64,000 nt of DNA from Blepharisma stoltei ATCC 30299 (lineage: Eukaryota; Protista; Ciliophora): assembly GCA_965603825.1 (NCBI GenBank), contig CBFDEM010000062.1, positions 310,001 through 374,000 on the forward strand, in the 5' to 3' direction. The position numbers were made by a program, and so were the translations under genes. Positions within the stretch are counted from its first letter, which is position 1. Each line of letters starts with the position of its first letter. The notes below the pieces were generated by a model, which saw only the letters and a list, made by a program, of their open reading frames with translations, ran no database searches and was not told where the DNA came from. Below are positions 20,161 to 32,459 of the stretch, piece after piece.

Positions 20161-23061
20161 TTACCTTATAAACGATGAAGTCTGTCTCCTGATAATAGTC
20201 TTTTTAGATGTAAACTGTAAAAATGTTTCTGAAAGCACAGAGCCTCCAATCCCGGCTTCTTTTCCTTTTGACTTATAATAGCTATTTATCAAATGAAGCT
20301 CTGCGACTTTTATAACATCTTGTATGATAAAAAACACCAAATCAAAACCCCAAATGAAGCCCGCAAAGCGTCATGAAATGGACTGCATGCTTGGTATAGA
20401 CCCAGAACCACTATCAGCAAAATTAAAAAATCAGTAGCAAGAAAACAAAGTTGCAGCTACCGTAGCTACAATAAATGCAATTACAACTTGTCAGCTCGGA
20501 GCACGTGTTCAGAACCAACTACTTGTTCTTGCACTGAAAAGTGTAAAAAAATCTGACAATGCCACTTTGAGGTACATCGCTGTGAGAACTTCTCCATAAG
20601 AAAAGGTACTTATATCAAATCCTTGGAAAAAGTCATTGGGACTGCTATCATCCATATGAGCTAAACAGAGTAAGAGAAGAGTAATTGATGATATCAATGC
20701 AACGAAGCCAAGAGTACAGGCGTTTAAAAACATGATGGACAGGTTAAATTGTTCAGGCTTTTTTGAAACAGTTACTCTATCATAAGCAATTGTGACTAAG
20801 GTGCCATCGTTGAGGATTGCAATAAGAACGATAGCAATAACTGGAAATGAAAATGATGTAGGGATGCTAGAACAAGATTTTCCGTTTGAGCGGCATGTAA
20901 ATTCATCTTTTGGGTTTATTATTGCCATCGCAATAAAGAAAAATGCTAAAAGTTGGACTGTGCAAGCAATTCTGTAAATAAAATAATTGTTCATACGTTG
21001 AAAAACCATTCTTGCTAAAAAAATGGCTTGAATTATAACAGATAAGCCAGGCATTGTAAGAACAATTGAAGCTGCAGCCCTTGCTGCATCAGTAGCTCCT
21101 TCTACAGCAATTCCAACGTTTGCCTTTTTCAATGCAGGAGCATCATTAACTCCATCTCCAGTCATTCCACATCTATAGTTTAAACTCTGCAAAATTTCTA
21201 CAATCCTGTATTTATGTTCAGGAAAAACTTCTGCGAATCCATCTGCTTTTTCTACGAGTATTTTGACAGTAGTTTGATCATCAGATTCTGCGTCCTCAGA
21301 GAACAGATCAGAGTTATATATAGTATCTCCAAGGTTTAAAAGGCGTGCTGTTTCTTTTGCAATTTCTATTTGGTCTCCTGTAATCATTTTTACCTTAAGA
21401 TTCATTTGCAAAGCTTTTGCTATGGTCTCTTTTGTATCATCCCTTGGTGGGTCATATAGAGGAATTAAGCCAACCATACTTCACTTGTCGTCTTCTTCAG
21501 ATATAGCGACTCCTATTGTCCTATACCCTCTGGATGCAAGATTAGCTACATTTTTAGAGACGATGTCTTCAATATTTTTATAGTCACAAAGGCTTAAAAC
21601 TATTTGTGGGGCTCCCTTTGTGCATTTAAAAATCTTATTATTTTCATTATTTCTGACTGTGGCTTCAGTTCTTTTAATTTTGGGGTCAAACGGGATGAAA
21701 TCAGTAACCTCATATTTATCGTATTTTATATTATGGTCTTTTTCGGCACTCTCTGAGATACATTTATCAATTGCGTCTTGAGTTCCTTTTTCTCTTCTCG
21801 AAGAGAGCCCTGCATACAAAAATATATCTGAAATTGAATAATTTTCTAATAAGAAGGGCGGATTGGCAGTTAACTCATTTTTCGTGAGCGTTCCAGTTTT
21901 GTCTGAGCATAAAATTTGCATTCCAGCCATTTCTTCAATTGCTGTTAGTTTGCTCACAATTGCTTTGCTTCTAGCTAAATTATGAGCCCCGACAGCTAAA
22001 GTTACACTGGCTACAACCTGAGTAGCAATTGGGATAGAGGCAACTAAGATGACTACACACAGAGATAATGTTTCAAGCACATCATTTCCTTTTGTAAGCA
22101 CTACCACAAAAATAATGGTCACAAATAAAATTGATGCAACCATTAAAATTCCTGTAAATTTAGTAATAACTTTTTGAATGTTTCCAACATTATTTGTTTT
22201 CCCTACCAATGCTGAAGTTTTACCAAAAAAAGTATTTGCTCCAGTAGAGACAACGACAGCTTCTAGTTCTCCTCTTTTACAAATTGAGCCTTGATATACA
22301 ATTTCTCCTTCATATTTATTTACAGCCATTGATTCACCTGTCATTGCTGATTGATCAACTTCTATATTTCCTTGGCCTAATATGCAGTCTGCAGGAATAA
22401 CATCGCCTAATTTTATATTAACTCTGTCGCCTTGAACCAAATTTATGGCGTCAATTGTCGATCATTCATTATTCCTCTTTACTTTGGCTTTCGGTGCTAA
22501 ATTTTTCTTGAGAGCTTCAATGGCATTCCCAGCATTTCGCTCTTCGTATCAGCCTACAAAGCCATTAAAAAATTGAAGAATTAAGAGCACTACAAAATCA
22601 ATGTATGAAAGTCTTACTATTTCAATAATAATGGCTATTCATATCATTATAGGCATCGGACCCCAAAAATAAGATAGGAACTTCAAGATTGGTTTTTTTT
22701 TCTTTTCAAGAATGGTATTCGGGCCATCTCGTGTAAATCTGAACTTAGCCTCTTCGTCAGTAAGCCCTTCTGGACCAGTTTTCATGTCTTTGATTTGCTG
22801 CTCTGTCAGTTTGTATTGGACTTTTCCGATAATCCCGTCAGCTTTCTCTTTTTCACTTGTTTCAATAAGAGATGTCTCTTCAGACTTCTTTCTAACCTTA
22901 ATTTCTGCTTTTTCTGCGTGATCAACATTTTGATTTAATTTTGAATTTTCAGCCAGTGAATTTTGTTCAGGTAATTCTGAGCTGTCCTGTTTAATTTTAT
23001 TTTTCGATAAATTTGCATTTGAGACAGAATCATCATCTGATATTTGAGAATTTCCAGGCAT
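20161..23061 (-). CDS. Plasma-membrane P-type (P3A) H+-ATPase, 966 aa
   Basis: FWGPMPIMIW, AGNAIEALK, DQSAMTGES, CSDKTGTLT, KGAPQ, DPPRDD, TGDGVNDAPALKKA and AILNDGT (M6 Asp). Eight TGA=Trp codons; stop TAA 20161-20163. Confidence 0.92.
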
Positions 23062-23169
23062 TACTTGAAATTAAAGAAATAAATGATTATTAATTCATTA
23101 ATCACAATAAATGGACCACTCTTTAATTCCTTTATTTTCCTTTTAATTGCTCAATTTTAGATGCTAATT

Positions 23170-24879
23170 TTAATCGATTAGCATGATCCTCTTGCTTCTT
23201 GCTTTCATTAACGATCGCTTCCTGCTTTCCATTTTAGTTTTCTCAAAATTGTGTATCACTTCTATGAGTTCTTTTTCGTCTTTTTTATTTGTTCTATCAT
23301 CAAGTTGGGCTTTGTAAGGATTCATAGATTCGTTGATATTTTGAGTGCTTGAAAATAGCTCTTCTTCATCTTTAAAGCAGCTTCTTCACATCGCTTGCTT
23401 CCTTGTGTAATTGATAAAATTTATTTTTCGGTCTAATAAAAATTTAAATCTAATTTTTCAAGGTAATTTTAACTTTCTTTCAATATAGCCACGGGAAATG
23501 CGTTGAATTGTAAGAATATGATAAGCATAAGGACTATAATCTTTTAGTGGTCTTTGTGATTTTCTTTCTCTTATCTTGTTTACTAATAAAGGATATCAAT
23601 GCTTTAACCTTTCTCAAAAATAAATTCTCCTGAATTTAGAAATTTTTTCTAAAAACAGCTTTTTTTTGGTTAAAAACATCCTCACATTTTTCTGTATAAT
23701 TATAATAGCGCTTGTATACACTCTCTCTTTGTAATTTCTAAATGATCTTTGTATCAAAATGCATGAGTGTATCAAATTAATTCTTTGTTCCAAAGTGCTC
23801 GATTCTTCAAAATATTGGTGGCACGTCATAAATAAATTCTTTGACTGCTTACTCCTATTCCTAGATGATATAATTATACTTGGATAAGTTTCACACTTTC
23901 CAGGGTTTACAGGCGGTCTTTCTTCATAAGTTTTGGCTCTTTGGGCTTTATAAATGGATTTATCTTCTTGGCTGTCAAAATCCTTTGATAATGAGCCAGA
24001 AGAGTGCCTTAAGTTATATTCAGATATAAAATTTTTTATACCTTTGCTTATTTCAGCATTCTGGTCCATCATCATTTTAAACATAGAATTCGTCCAGTTA
24101 CATTCAGGAAGCTGGGGCTGTTTTCTTATAGGAGAAAGCATTTTTTTGGTGTTATTGAGATTTGAATTAGATTTGGATGTAATAAAAACTGATAGCGGAA
24201 CCGTCCCAGTCATGCCTTGCTCAATTGTAATTTTTTGACGTTTGACTTCGCAATCAAAAATTTGTCGTCCATAATTTACACAATGGCTGAATAAATTGTA
24301 AACGTTTATATTGTCACCATATAAGCAAGATTCCAATATTTTCATAACCTTAGAATATTGCTCTTTTAAAGAAATTACATTAATATTGCCTTGAGGTACA
24401 GTTACTAAGGTTTCCCCATTGTCATCATACGAGAAATAAGTATTTTCTGCACAGATTTTTGTGTTCATTAAAGAGTTTACATGAATTTCAGATAAATTTT
24501 TTTCGCTTTCAGTTATATCATCTTCAAACTGCATATTTATCCTCATCATTTTTCTTGAAATTTTTTCCAGCTGCTTCTTGCTTGGTTGAGCTTCAAACTT
24601 TGTAAAGGCAAGCATTGCCAAAATGCTGTCTTCTTTTGTTAATCTTCACTCCTCTTTATATTCAGCTTCTAAAAGTGTTTTTTCAGCGAGTTTGATCTGC
24701 ATTCTTAGTTTCCCGGATTTTCGCTCAGAGATTGCTTTTATAATTGCTAGCTCTTCAGCTCTAGAGATACAAATTCTTAATAGTTCATTCGTGAATTGAT
24801 TTTGCTTCACAATTTCCTTCATAGAGTTCGTGCCTTGAATTTTTTTCGAAAGGGAAATAGGTTTTACCCTGTTATTCAT
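23170..24879 (-). CDS. IQ-motif-containing protein, 569 aa
   Basis: Joined through TGA at 24646, 23614 and others. IQ-like motifs LIQRSFRNY, IIQKNVRMF and TIQRISRGY. Stop TAA 23170-23172. Confidence 0.7.
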
Positions 24880-24922
24880 AATGTAAACTCCAAATTTATA
24901 TTAAGAAATCCTTATTAAGCTA

Positions 24923-25384
24923 CTATTGAGAAAGAATAAGAGCAACAATCAGTCCATACAGCCCAAGCGCTTCTGCAAAGATAAGAATTAGAATCATCCC
25001 AACAAAGATTTTTTCGTTCTGTGCATTTGACCTCACACCTGCATCTCCAACAATTCCTATCGCAAAGCCAGCTGCTAATGCACTCAGCCCGCAGCAAAGT
25101 CCGGAAGCAAGATGCTTATAGCCATCATAATAAGAGTAACTTTTGCTTATCTTTTGGACGAGAATGACTGCAACGATAAGGCCATAGATTCCCAAAACAC
25201 CAGCCATGACTACTGGGATAAGTGATTTCATGATGAGTTCTGGCTTGATAACTCCCATAGATGCAATACCAACACCACTTTTAGCTGTCCCATATCCAGC
25301 TCCTAAGTTAGCGAACACCAATGCACAGCTGACTCCGATAAATCCAAAAAAGGCTTGAGTTTTTACAAGTTCGTCCTCTGCCAT
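24923..25384 (-). CDS. ATP6V0C: V-ATPase 16-kDa proteolipid subunit c
   Basis: [42 protein letters not shown]. True ATG is at 25384. Confidence 0.95.
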   Translation of the reverse strand: MAEDELVKTQAFFGFIGVSCALVFANLGAGYGTAKSGVGIASMGVIKPELIMKSLIPVVMAGVLGIYGLIVAVILVQKISKSYSYYDGYKHLASGLCCGLSALAAGFAIGIVGDAGVRSNAQNEKIFVGMILILIFAEALGLYGLIVALILSQ

Positions 25385-25513
25385 TTGCTTATTATATTTA
25401 ATATGTAAAATCACTGGAATCCTTTCTGCTAATTAATTTTGATAATTTTTAAGTTAATTTGATGAAACAAATGATTATAAATATTAAAGAAATATAAAGT
25501 ACACAGTTTTCAT

Positions 25514-26191
25514 TTATTTGACTCTCTTCAAAATTTCATCTCCAGAGGACAGCATAAATTTGCATTCCTTTATAAGATTTTTTAGCTCAGTATCGTCAAT
25601 TCTTGGCATTTCTCCGAAAACCCTATCACCATTTATCCATGGTTTTGTGTCTAAATGGACTTTCCCAACATTAACATTTATTTCATATTTTGAAAGTTCC
25701 CCTCTTTCAAGCATCGGCAAATGCTTTCTATGCCCATCCAGACTTCTGAGCCCAGTTAGTAGTCCAAGAATCGCATCTCTATACCCAGCTTCTGCACATA
25801 TAATGTTTGGATCACTAAAATCATAGTTTTGAAAAGACAAATGTCTTAGCTTAGCTAGCGGTTGTAGCTCAGAAATCCCATTCATGTTATTTATTCGATT
25901 TCCCTGCAGCTCTAATTTCTCAAGCTTCACACAAGCTCTAAGTCCTTCAATCTTGCTTATTTGGTTATATGATAAGTCAATGTAAGTCAGCTCAACACAT
26001 GCTTCAAGTCCTTTTATTCTTGATATTCTATTATTTGATAAATTCAAATGTAAAAGATTGACGCACCCTTCAAGGTTTTTAATTTCTCTAATCCCAGCTG
26101 CAGGAAGGTCTAATATAAAAACTATATCAAGACTGAACCTGTCTGAAGCTGCTTTTATTAATTCAGGGGTCAGCTGGGCTTCTCTTTCCAT
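25514..26191 (-). CDS. SDS22-type leucine-rich repeat protein (LRRC61-like)
   Basis: LxxLxLSxNxIxxIxGL repeats and LRRcap 'YRDAILGLLTGLRSLDG'. Confidence 0.8.
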   Translation of the reverse strand: MEREAQLTPELIKAASDRFSLDIVFILDLPAAGIREIKNLEGCVNLLHLNLSNNRISRIKGLEACVELTYIDLSYNQISKIEGLRACVKLEKLELQGNRINNMNGISELQPLAKLRHLSFQNYDFSDPNIICAEAGYRDAILGLLTGLRSLDGHRKHLPMLERGELSKYEINVNVGKVHLDTKPWINGDRVFGEMPRIDDTELKNLIKECKFMLSSGDEILKRVK

Positions 26192-26202
26192 TTAAATTAT
26201 AA

Positions 26203-26865
26203 ATGGAAGCGCTTTACCGAGAACTCTTTGTAAACAGTGGCAGAAAGGTCCTTGCAATTGCCAAAAATTATTTCGAGCATGCAATAGAAATGAATGCGAC
26301 TGGTGTCCCTCCAAAGCCGATAATTTTCCAAAAACCTCTAACTTCGGTTATTAGTGAAGGAGAATCAATTGTGATCCCTGAAGGTGTTGAAGTCCACCAT
26401 GAGATTGAGCTCGGTGTTATGATTGCGAAAAGAGGTAAAAATATTGCCCAAAGTGAAGTGGAAGAATTTATAGCAGGTTACTTCGTGGCTTTAGATATGA
26501 CTGCAAGGAACGTGCAAGCAGAAGCAAAAGCGAATTCATGGCCTTGGGATGTAGCCAAAGGGTATGATACTTTTCTGCCATTGTCTTCATTTATTCCTAA
26601 AGAAGCTGTTCAAGATCCTTATGCCTTGGAACTGGAGCTTTTGATAAATGGAGAAACAAAACAAAGAGGAATGACAGGAAGCATGCACTATAAAATTGAT
26701 CAAATAGTATCGTATTTAAGCAACATAATGACTTTATGTCCTGGAGATATCATCCTGACAGGTACACCTTCAGGGGTTGGACCAATTCATCATGGAGATG
26801 TTTTAGATTGCATTTGCAGACAAAGTGGAAACGAATTAGTCAGAGCTCGCTTTAATGTGGCCTAA
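26203..26865 (+). CDS. FAHD1: Fumarylacetoacetate hydrolase-family protein (FAHD1, acylpyruvase/oxaloacetate decarboxylase)
   Basis: KNYFEH, FQKP, HHEIELGV, LDMTAR, AKGYDTF, GDIILTGTPSGVG. Confidence 0.9.
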   Translation: MEALYRELFVNSGRKVLAIAKNYFEHAIEMNATGVPPKPIIFQKPLTSVISEGESIVIPEGVEVHHEIELGVMIAKRGKNIAQSEVEEFIAGYFVALDMTARNVQAEAKANSWPWDVAKGYDTFLPLSSFIPKEAVQDPYALELELLINGETKQRGMTGSMHYKIDQIVSYLSNIMTLCPGDIILTGTPSGVGPIHHGDVLDCICRQSGNELVRARFNVA

Positions 26866-27087
26866 ATAAATTCAATATTGGCTTAGATCATCTTATAAGT
26901 GCATTTTTAAAATAAAAATAATTCATAAATATTAATGGCTCAGCTAATTTAATGATTTTGCTATTGAAGATATCCTCAAAGATAGATTATTTCTGTTACA
27001 TAAAAGAGATTGATAAGATTTTATATAAGTAAAACTTAACTAATAATATTAACCAAGAACTTAAATATTAAGATACTCATATAATAA

Positions 27088-29826
27088 ATGAGCTTATTGG
27101 ATAAATTGAAGCCTGATATAACCTTAAAGAAAACTGCAGCTGTTTTGGCAAGCGCAGCAATTGCTTATTCAATTTATTCTAAATGCTCTAGAAAACCTTT
27201 AGAAATCCATCACTCCAAGCAAACTTCGGATTCCGAAAGCCATAAAATATATTGTCTAACATCCGAAGAATCAGCACAAAGATCAAGCAATCTCTCCGAC
27301 ATTCGATATACATTGATCCTAAATCTCCAAAAAGGTAAAGAATTTCTTGGGCATTGCAAAATCACATTTTTAGTAGCTGATCCGTCGTTTACTGTTTGGC
27401 TTGACTTTAACGCTGACGAAATACTTTTTTTAAAAATTAACAATAGTCCAGCTATCCCTCATTGGGAACGAAGCAAACTTTATCTAGACAACATCAAAGC
27501 AGATCAAAACTCAATCGATATTTTATATAAAAGAAAATATGCAAATGATGGTAAAGGGCTTCACAGCTTTGTCGACCCAATTGACAACGAACAATACATC
27601 TTCTCTCATTTTGAGGCTTTTTATGCAAATAGGATGTTTCCATGCTTTGACCAGCCAGATCTGAAAGCTAATTTCAAAATTTCAGTGTTCGCTCCTTCTG
27701 ATTGAAAAGTCATAAGCAATGAGCCTTTGATTTCTATTACTCAAGCTAATAATCAAATGATATTCCAGCTTGGGGAGACTTCTTCTTACACCCTACGGAA
27801 CTTTGAAGAAACTTCAATAATCAGCAGCTATTTGGTTGCTGTATGTGCAGGCCCGTATTATGAAATTAGATACGATTCTAATGAAATCAATATTCCTTTA
27901 GGCTTTTACTGCAGAGAATCATTAAAAGAATCCCTAAATCCTGAGCTCTATTTGAACTGGACGATTTCAAGCTTTAAATTTTACCAAGAATATTTTAGTA
28001 TGAATTATCCTTTCAAAAAATATGATCAAGTTTTTGTTCCGGAATTTAACGCAGGTGCAATGGAGAATGTTGGTTGCGTCACATATCGTGAGGATTATCT
28101 ATTCAGAGACCCTCCATCAGCCGTTGAAAAATGCAGAGTTGCCAATGTCTTTCTTCATGAAATGGCACACATGTGGTTTGGGAACTTAGTCACAATGGTC
28201 TGATGGGATGATTTATGACTAAATGAAAGCTTTGCAACTTTCATGTCCCATCTTAACTACTCAAAAACCTTAAGTTCAGAATATCCTGACTTATGGCTCG
28301 TATTTCTTAAGAGAAAAAGAGCAGGATATGTATTGGACCAAATCAGCACATCCCACCCAATCTCTACTATTCTTCAAGACACTTCTCAGACTTCTACAAA
28401 TTTTGATGCAATATCATATATTAAAGGAGCTGCAGTTCTGAAACAGCTTCGTTTTATTGTTGGGCATGATCTGTTTAAAAAAGGGATCCAAAGATACTTG
28501 CTGATATATAAGCATGGAAATGCAGTTTGTAAAAGCTTTATTGATGCGATAGAAGAAGAAATTTTAACTGCAAATGTAGAGTTTGATATCCAAGGGTGGG
28601 CAGATAGCTGGATTAAAACTGCAGGAATTAATACTTTAGAAGCTGTGTATGAAGTAGAAAATGGGGTGATTTCTTCTTTCAAGATCAAACAGTCTGCAGA
28701 TCCTAAGTTTCCTGAACTAAGAAGGCATAAAATCCTTATAGGCTTCTTTGATGAAAATATGAACGCTATTAATAATGTAGAAGCTCAAGTTCTTCCACAA
28801 GAGTTTACAGAGCTAGATTGACTAGTTAATACCCCAGCTCCAGATTGTGTTATCCTTAATATTGGCGATTATGATTACTGCAAAATCAGAATTGACGAAA
28901 GATCTTTAGATATCATCAAAAGTAAGCTTCATTTTACTAAAGAAAATTTAACGAGGCAGCTGATTTGGTCTGCATTTCAAGATATGGTAAGAGATTGTCT
29001 GCTACCTGCGCCTTTATTCCTCCAGATCGTTTTGTCTAACTTTGAATATGAAGCTGAAGAAGGGATTGGAGCATTTATCCTCGAGCTCGCAAACTCGTCT
29101 ATTAATTTAAGGATCTCAAAGCAAATTAAGAGGAATGAGTATTTGCATCAATTATTTGAGGCCATCCTAAAGAAAGTTCAGGCGGACCCTAATCTCAAAG
29201 AGTACCAAAAGCATCTATTTTACTATTTAAGAGAAGACTCAGATATTTTGAGAGCTGTGAAGTGACTGGAAGACTCATCAGAAATCAATTTTAGCCTAAC
29301 ACAAGTGAACAGATGGTCAATTTTGAAAGCTTTTTCAAAAATTGATATTGCAGCAAAAGAGTTAGTTGCAAAAGAAGTTCTGAGAGACCAAAGTAGCAAA
29401 GGGAAGCTTGCAGCTTTGCACTGTTCTACTGCATATCCTGATGCAACCTTAAAGCAAACTGTGTGGGACTCAATCATAAATGGAGAAAAAGACCAGCTTT
29501 CCAAGCAAGAGAGAAGAGCCTTCATGTCAGGATTCATAAACAAGAAACAGCAAGGAATTTTAAAGCCTTATGCTCAAATGTACTTTGACTTTGTCCCAGA
29601 AATCATTGCAAAAAAGAATGCAGAGTTTGCTATTGATTTTTGCACAAATATGTTCCCAACTTTTGACAAGCCAAGAGATCTGATTCCAAAAATTAAGGCT
29701 CTCTTAGAAGTCGTTCCGAAAGAATATCCCCAGATAAAAAGATTCCTCAATGAAAAAGCTGATATTTTAGAACAAAATATAAAGGCTAAGGAGTTGGCTA
29801 AAACTTATTTACATAGCCTAGCTTAA
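27088..29826 (+). CDS. pepN: M1 aminopeptidase N, 912 aa
   Basis: Five ORFs joined through TGA. [32 protein letters not shown] and FDAISYIKG; N-terminal hydrophobic anchor. Confidence 0.92.
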
Positions 29827-29879
29827 TAATTTAGGAAATTTCTTATAAAAAATGTTCAATAGGATAATATAAAGAATTC

Positions 29880-30941
29880 ATGGAGATTTCATCATTGATA
29901 AACTTACTGCCCAAAGCTGAAGTCCATACCCATTTGGAAGTTTCTTTGCCAATAAGCAGAGTCTATGAGATAGCAAAAAGAAATGATGTTACTCTTCCGC
30001 TTTCCTATGAAGATTGCATCTATAAATCAACTCACTATGAAGGACTTTGCGATTTTTTAAGCATTTTAAGAGTTGCGTGCTCTGCTCTTAAATTTGAGCA
30101 GGATTTTTATGAATTGGCGTTGAGCTATTTCAAGATCTCCTATGAAAATAATATTGTTTATACCGAGCCTCAATATCAAAGCTGTAACTTCACTAAGTAT
30201 GGAGTAAGCGAAGAAACTATATTAAATGGGCTTTGAAGAGCAATTCAAGAAGCAGAAACTAATTATGGAATGCAAATAAACTTGCTATATGGAATTGGCA
30301 GAGGCGCATCTGTTGAATCTTCAATCAATTCTTTATATTTTGCTAAACAACATAGTGAAAAATTCAAAGGAATTGCATTTGCAGGTAATGAATTTCTTCA
30401 TCCTGCAAAATACTATAAAGAAATATTTGACCTTTCTTCTAACCTAGGACTAGCTGGACCAAACGACGAATTTCTTGCAGTACACACTGGTGAGGAGGCG
30501 CCACCAGAAATAATGATAGAAACGCTTCATAATTTTAAGATTGGGAGAATAGATCATGGAATACGTGCCTTAGAGGACCCATTCCTTGTAAAAATGCTGA
30601 GCACTCATCAAATACCTATGGGAATGTGCCCTATCTCGAATAAAGCTTTAAAAGCATTAGATCAATTTCCTGAAAGGAATTATATTTATAATGACTTTTT
30701 GGATCATGGGTGCTTGATTTCGATAAATACGGATGGGCCCGCTTGGTGCGGAGGGGAGCTTTCTGATAATTATCTAGATTTTGCAAATCACAATATGCAT
30801 TTAAATGCAGCAGAATTGAGCCAAAAAGTTGTTAAAATATCAGAAAACTCATTTAAATGCTCTTTTTTAAGTGAAAGCGATAAGACACGATATATAAATA
30901 GTGTCAGAAGAATAGCAGACAATCTCACAACACTAGATTAA
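29880..30941 (+). CDS. Adenosine/adenine deaminase family protein, 353 aa
   Basis: LPKAEVHTHLE, HTGEE, RIDHG, CPISN and SINTDGP. Joined through TGA 30234. Confidence 0.85.
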
Positions 30942-31035
30942 ATAAATTAATATTTTCATTTTAATTAAGCCTTCATTTTCAACAAAAACATATAAATATT
31001 TTTACTTTTATAGATCCATAGTTTATAATTTATAA

Positions 31036-31704
31036 ATGTCAGCAAAGTGTCAATGGCGCAGATGTTCTAATGACTCGGAATGACTCTGCAAATGCATATC
31101 AGAAGGATATAAAGTATGCAAGGAGCATTTACCAGATCACCTAGAAGAAGTTGGGTTTAATCATAGTATTCCTGAATCATTATTTATGAGAATTGATCCT
31201 CAGTGTTTAGCTGAGCTAAACAAAATAATTCAATATGCTAAAGAAAAAATTGATAGAGAGTATGCTAATGTTCTAAATATTGTCAAAGAACTAACCAGAG
31301 CGCTGAATGAAAAAGTAGAAATGGAATTAAAACAAATCACTATTATGCAGCAGAACTACATTGCTGCCTTTGAAATAGCTATAACTCACGAAAGAATTAG
31401 AAAAAGCACAATTTCACCGAAATTTCAAGAAATCTTGGCTAATTTTAACGCATTTAAAGATACAGTTAAAGACCCAAACTGGTTTTCAGTCACTTTAAAT
31501 GATAAAGAAGTAAAAACTGCTATAGATGATCTTATAAAGGTCAAAATTATAAAGCCAGATCTTTTTAAGATTACAGGAATGGGTGAAGATTTTCCAAAGA
31601 TGCAGCAATATGAATTTCAAGAGGAAGCCAAAGAAAATCCAGCTGATATATCAGATACAGGCTCTTATGAAGATGAACTTGTAGATTTCGACCCAAATAG
31701 TTAA
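31036..31704 (+). CDS. B-box-like zinc-binding plus coiled-coil protein, 222 aa
   Basis: ATG at 31036, TGA 31081 read as Trp. C-x4-C-x7-CxC-x7-CxxH-x3-H-x7-H, then a helical/coiled-coil region. Confidence 0.7.
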
Positions 31705-31725
31705 TTAAATTATTATTTAATAATT

Positions 31726-32451
31726 ATGATTGCAGCTAAAAGAGGATTTCATACAATTCTTTCAAAGCCGCTTGATTATTTTCCAAGTATTGCTTTGGTT
31801 TATGAAAATATTGTAAGCGCGATATAGGAAATATTAAGCTATCAAGCTTTGGATTTAGGTCTAGGATGAAGCTGATCGATATTTCTAACTTCATTTGGGT
31901 TAAGACTTGCTGCAGTACCTTTAGGAATGCTTTTAGATAAAATATCCTGAGAAGTTCCGAAAAAACTCCAAAACTCAGTTCAAAGAGCTCAAAAATCATT
32001 TTTATTGAACGATTTGGAAGATGACGTAAAGAGATTGAAATTGACCAATTTAGAGCACAATGAATTGAAAAGATATTTTAATGGAAACATAATAATGAGA
32101 CAAGGCATTTTAGGATATCTTGGATTAAGCTACTTCAGAGCCCTACATCATGTAATGGATTCTCCTCAATATTATGAAGGACTCATCAATAGTAAGTTTT
32201 TAGGAATATGAGAGTTACAAAAATACGACCCAATGTTCCTTCTCCCTATCTCAGTAGGTTTTAGTTCTTACTGGCTACTAAAAAATGCAAGCCACCCGTT
32301 TTTTATTGGGCTATCTCAAAACTCAAGACTTGCACTATCATTTCTACTGTCCGTATTCAGCATTTACTTGCCTGCCAGTTACATTGAAGCATGATTAGCA
32401 CTTGCTTTAAGCCACACAGTATGCAAGAAGCTTCTTAAACTAAAACATTAA
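31726..32451 (+). CDS. Divergent Oxa1/Cox18/YidC-family membrane insertase with one 15-nt intron
   Basis: After removing intron 31813-31827 and reading TGA as Trp: GLGWSWSIFLTSFGLRLAAVPL, FLGIWELQKYDPMFLLPI and YLPA, matching Oxa1 motifs. Mitochondrial-like N-terminus. Confidence 0.65.
31813..31827 (+). other. 15-nt intron GTAAGCGCGATATAG
   Basis: GT...AG, A at position 10, in-frame TAG. Removal opens the frame. Confidence 0.82.
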
Positions 32452-32459
32452 TTTATCTA

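Noticed and set aside
25385-25414. Extended N-terminus of V-ATPase subunit c given in the ORF track
   Set aside because: It uses a GTG start; ATG 25384 gives the normal length.
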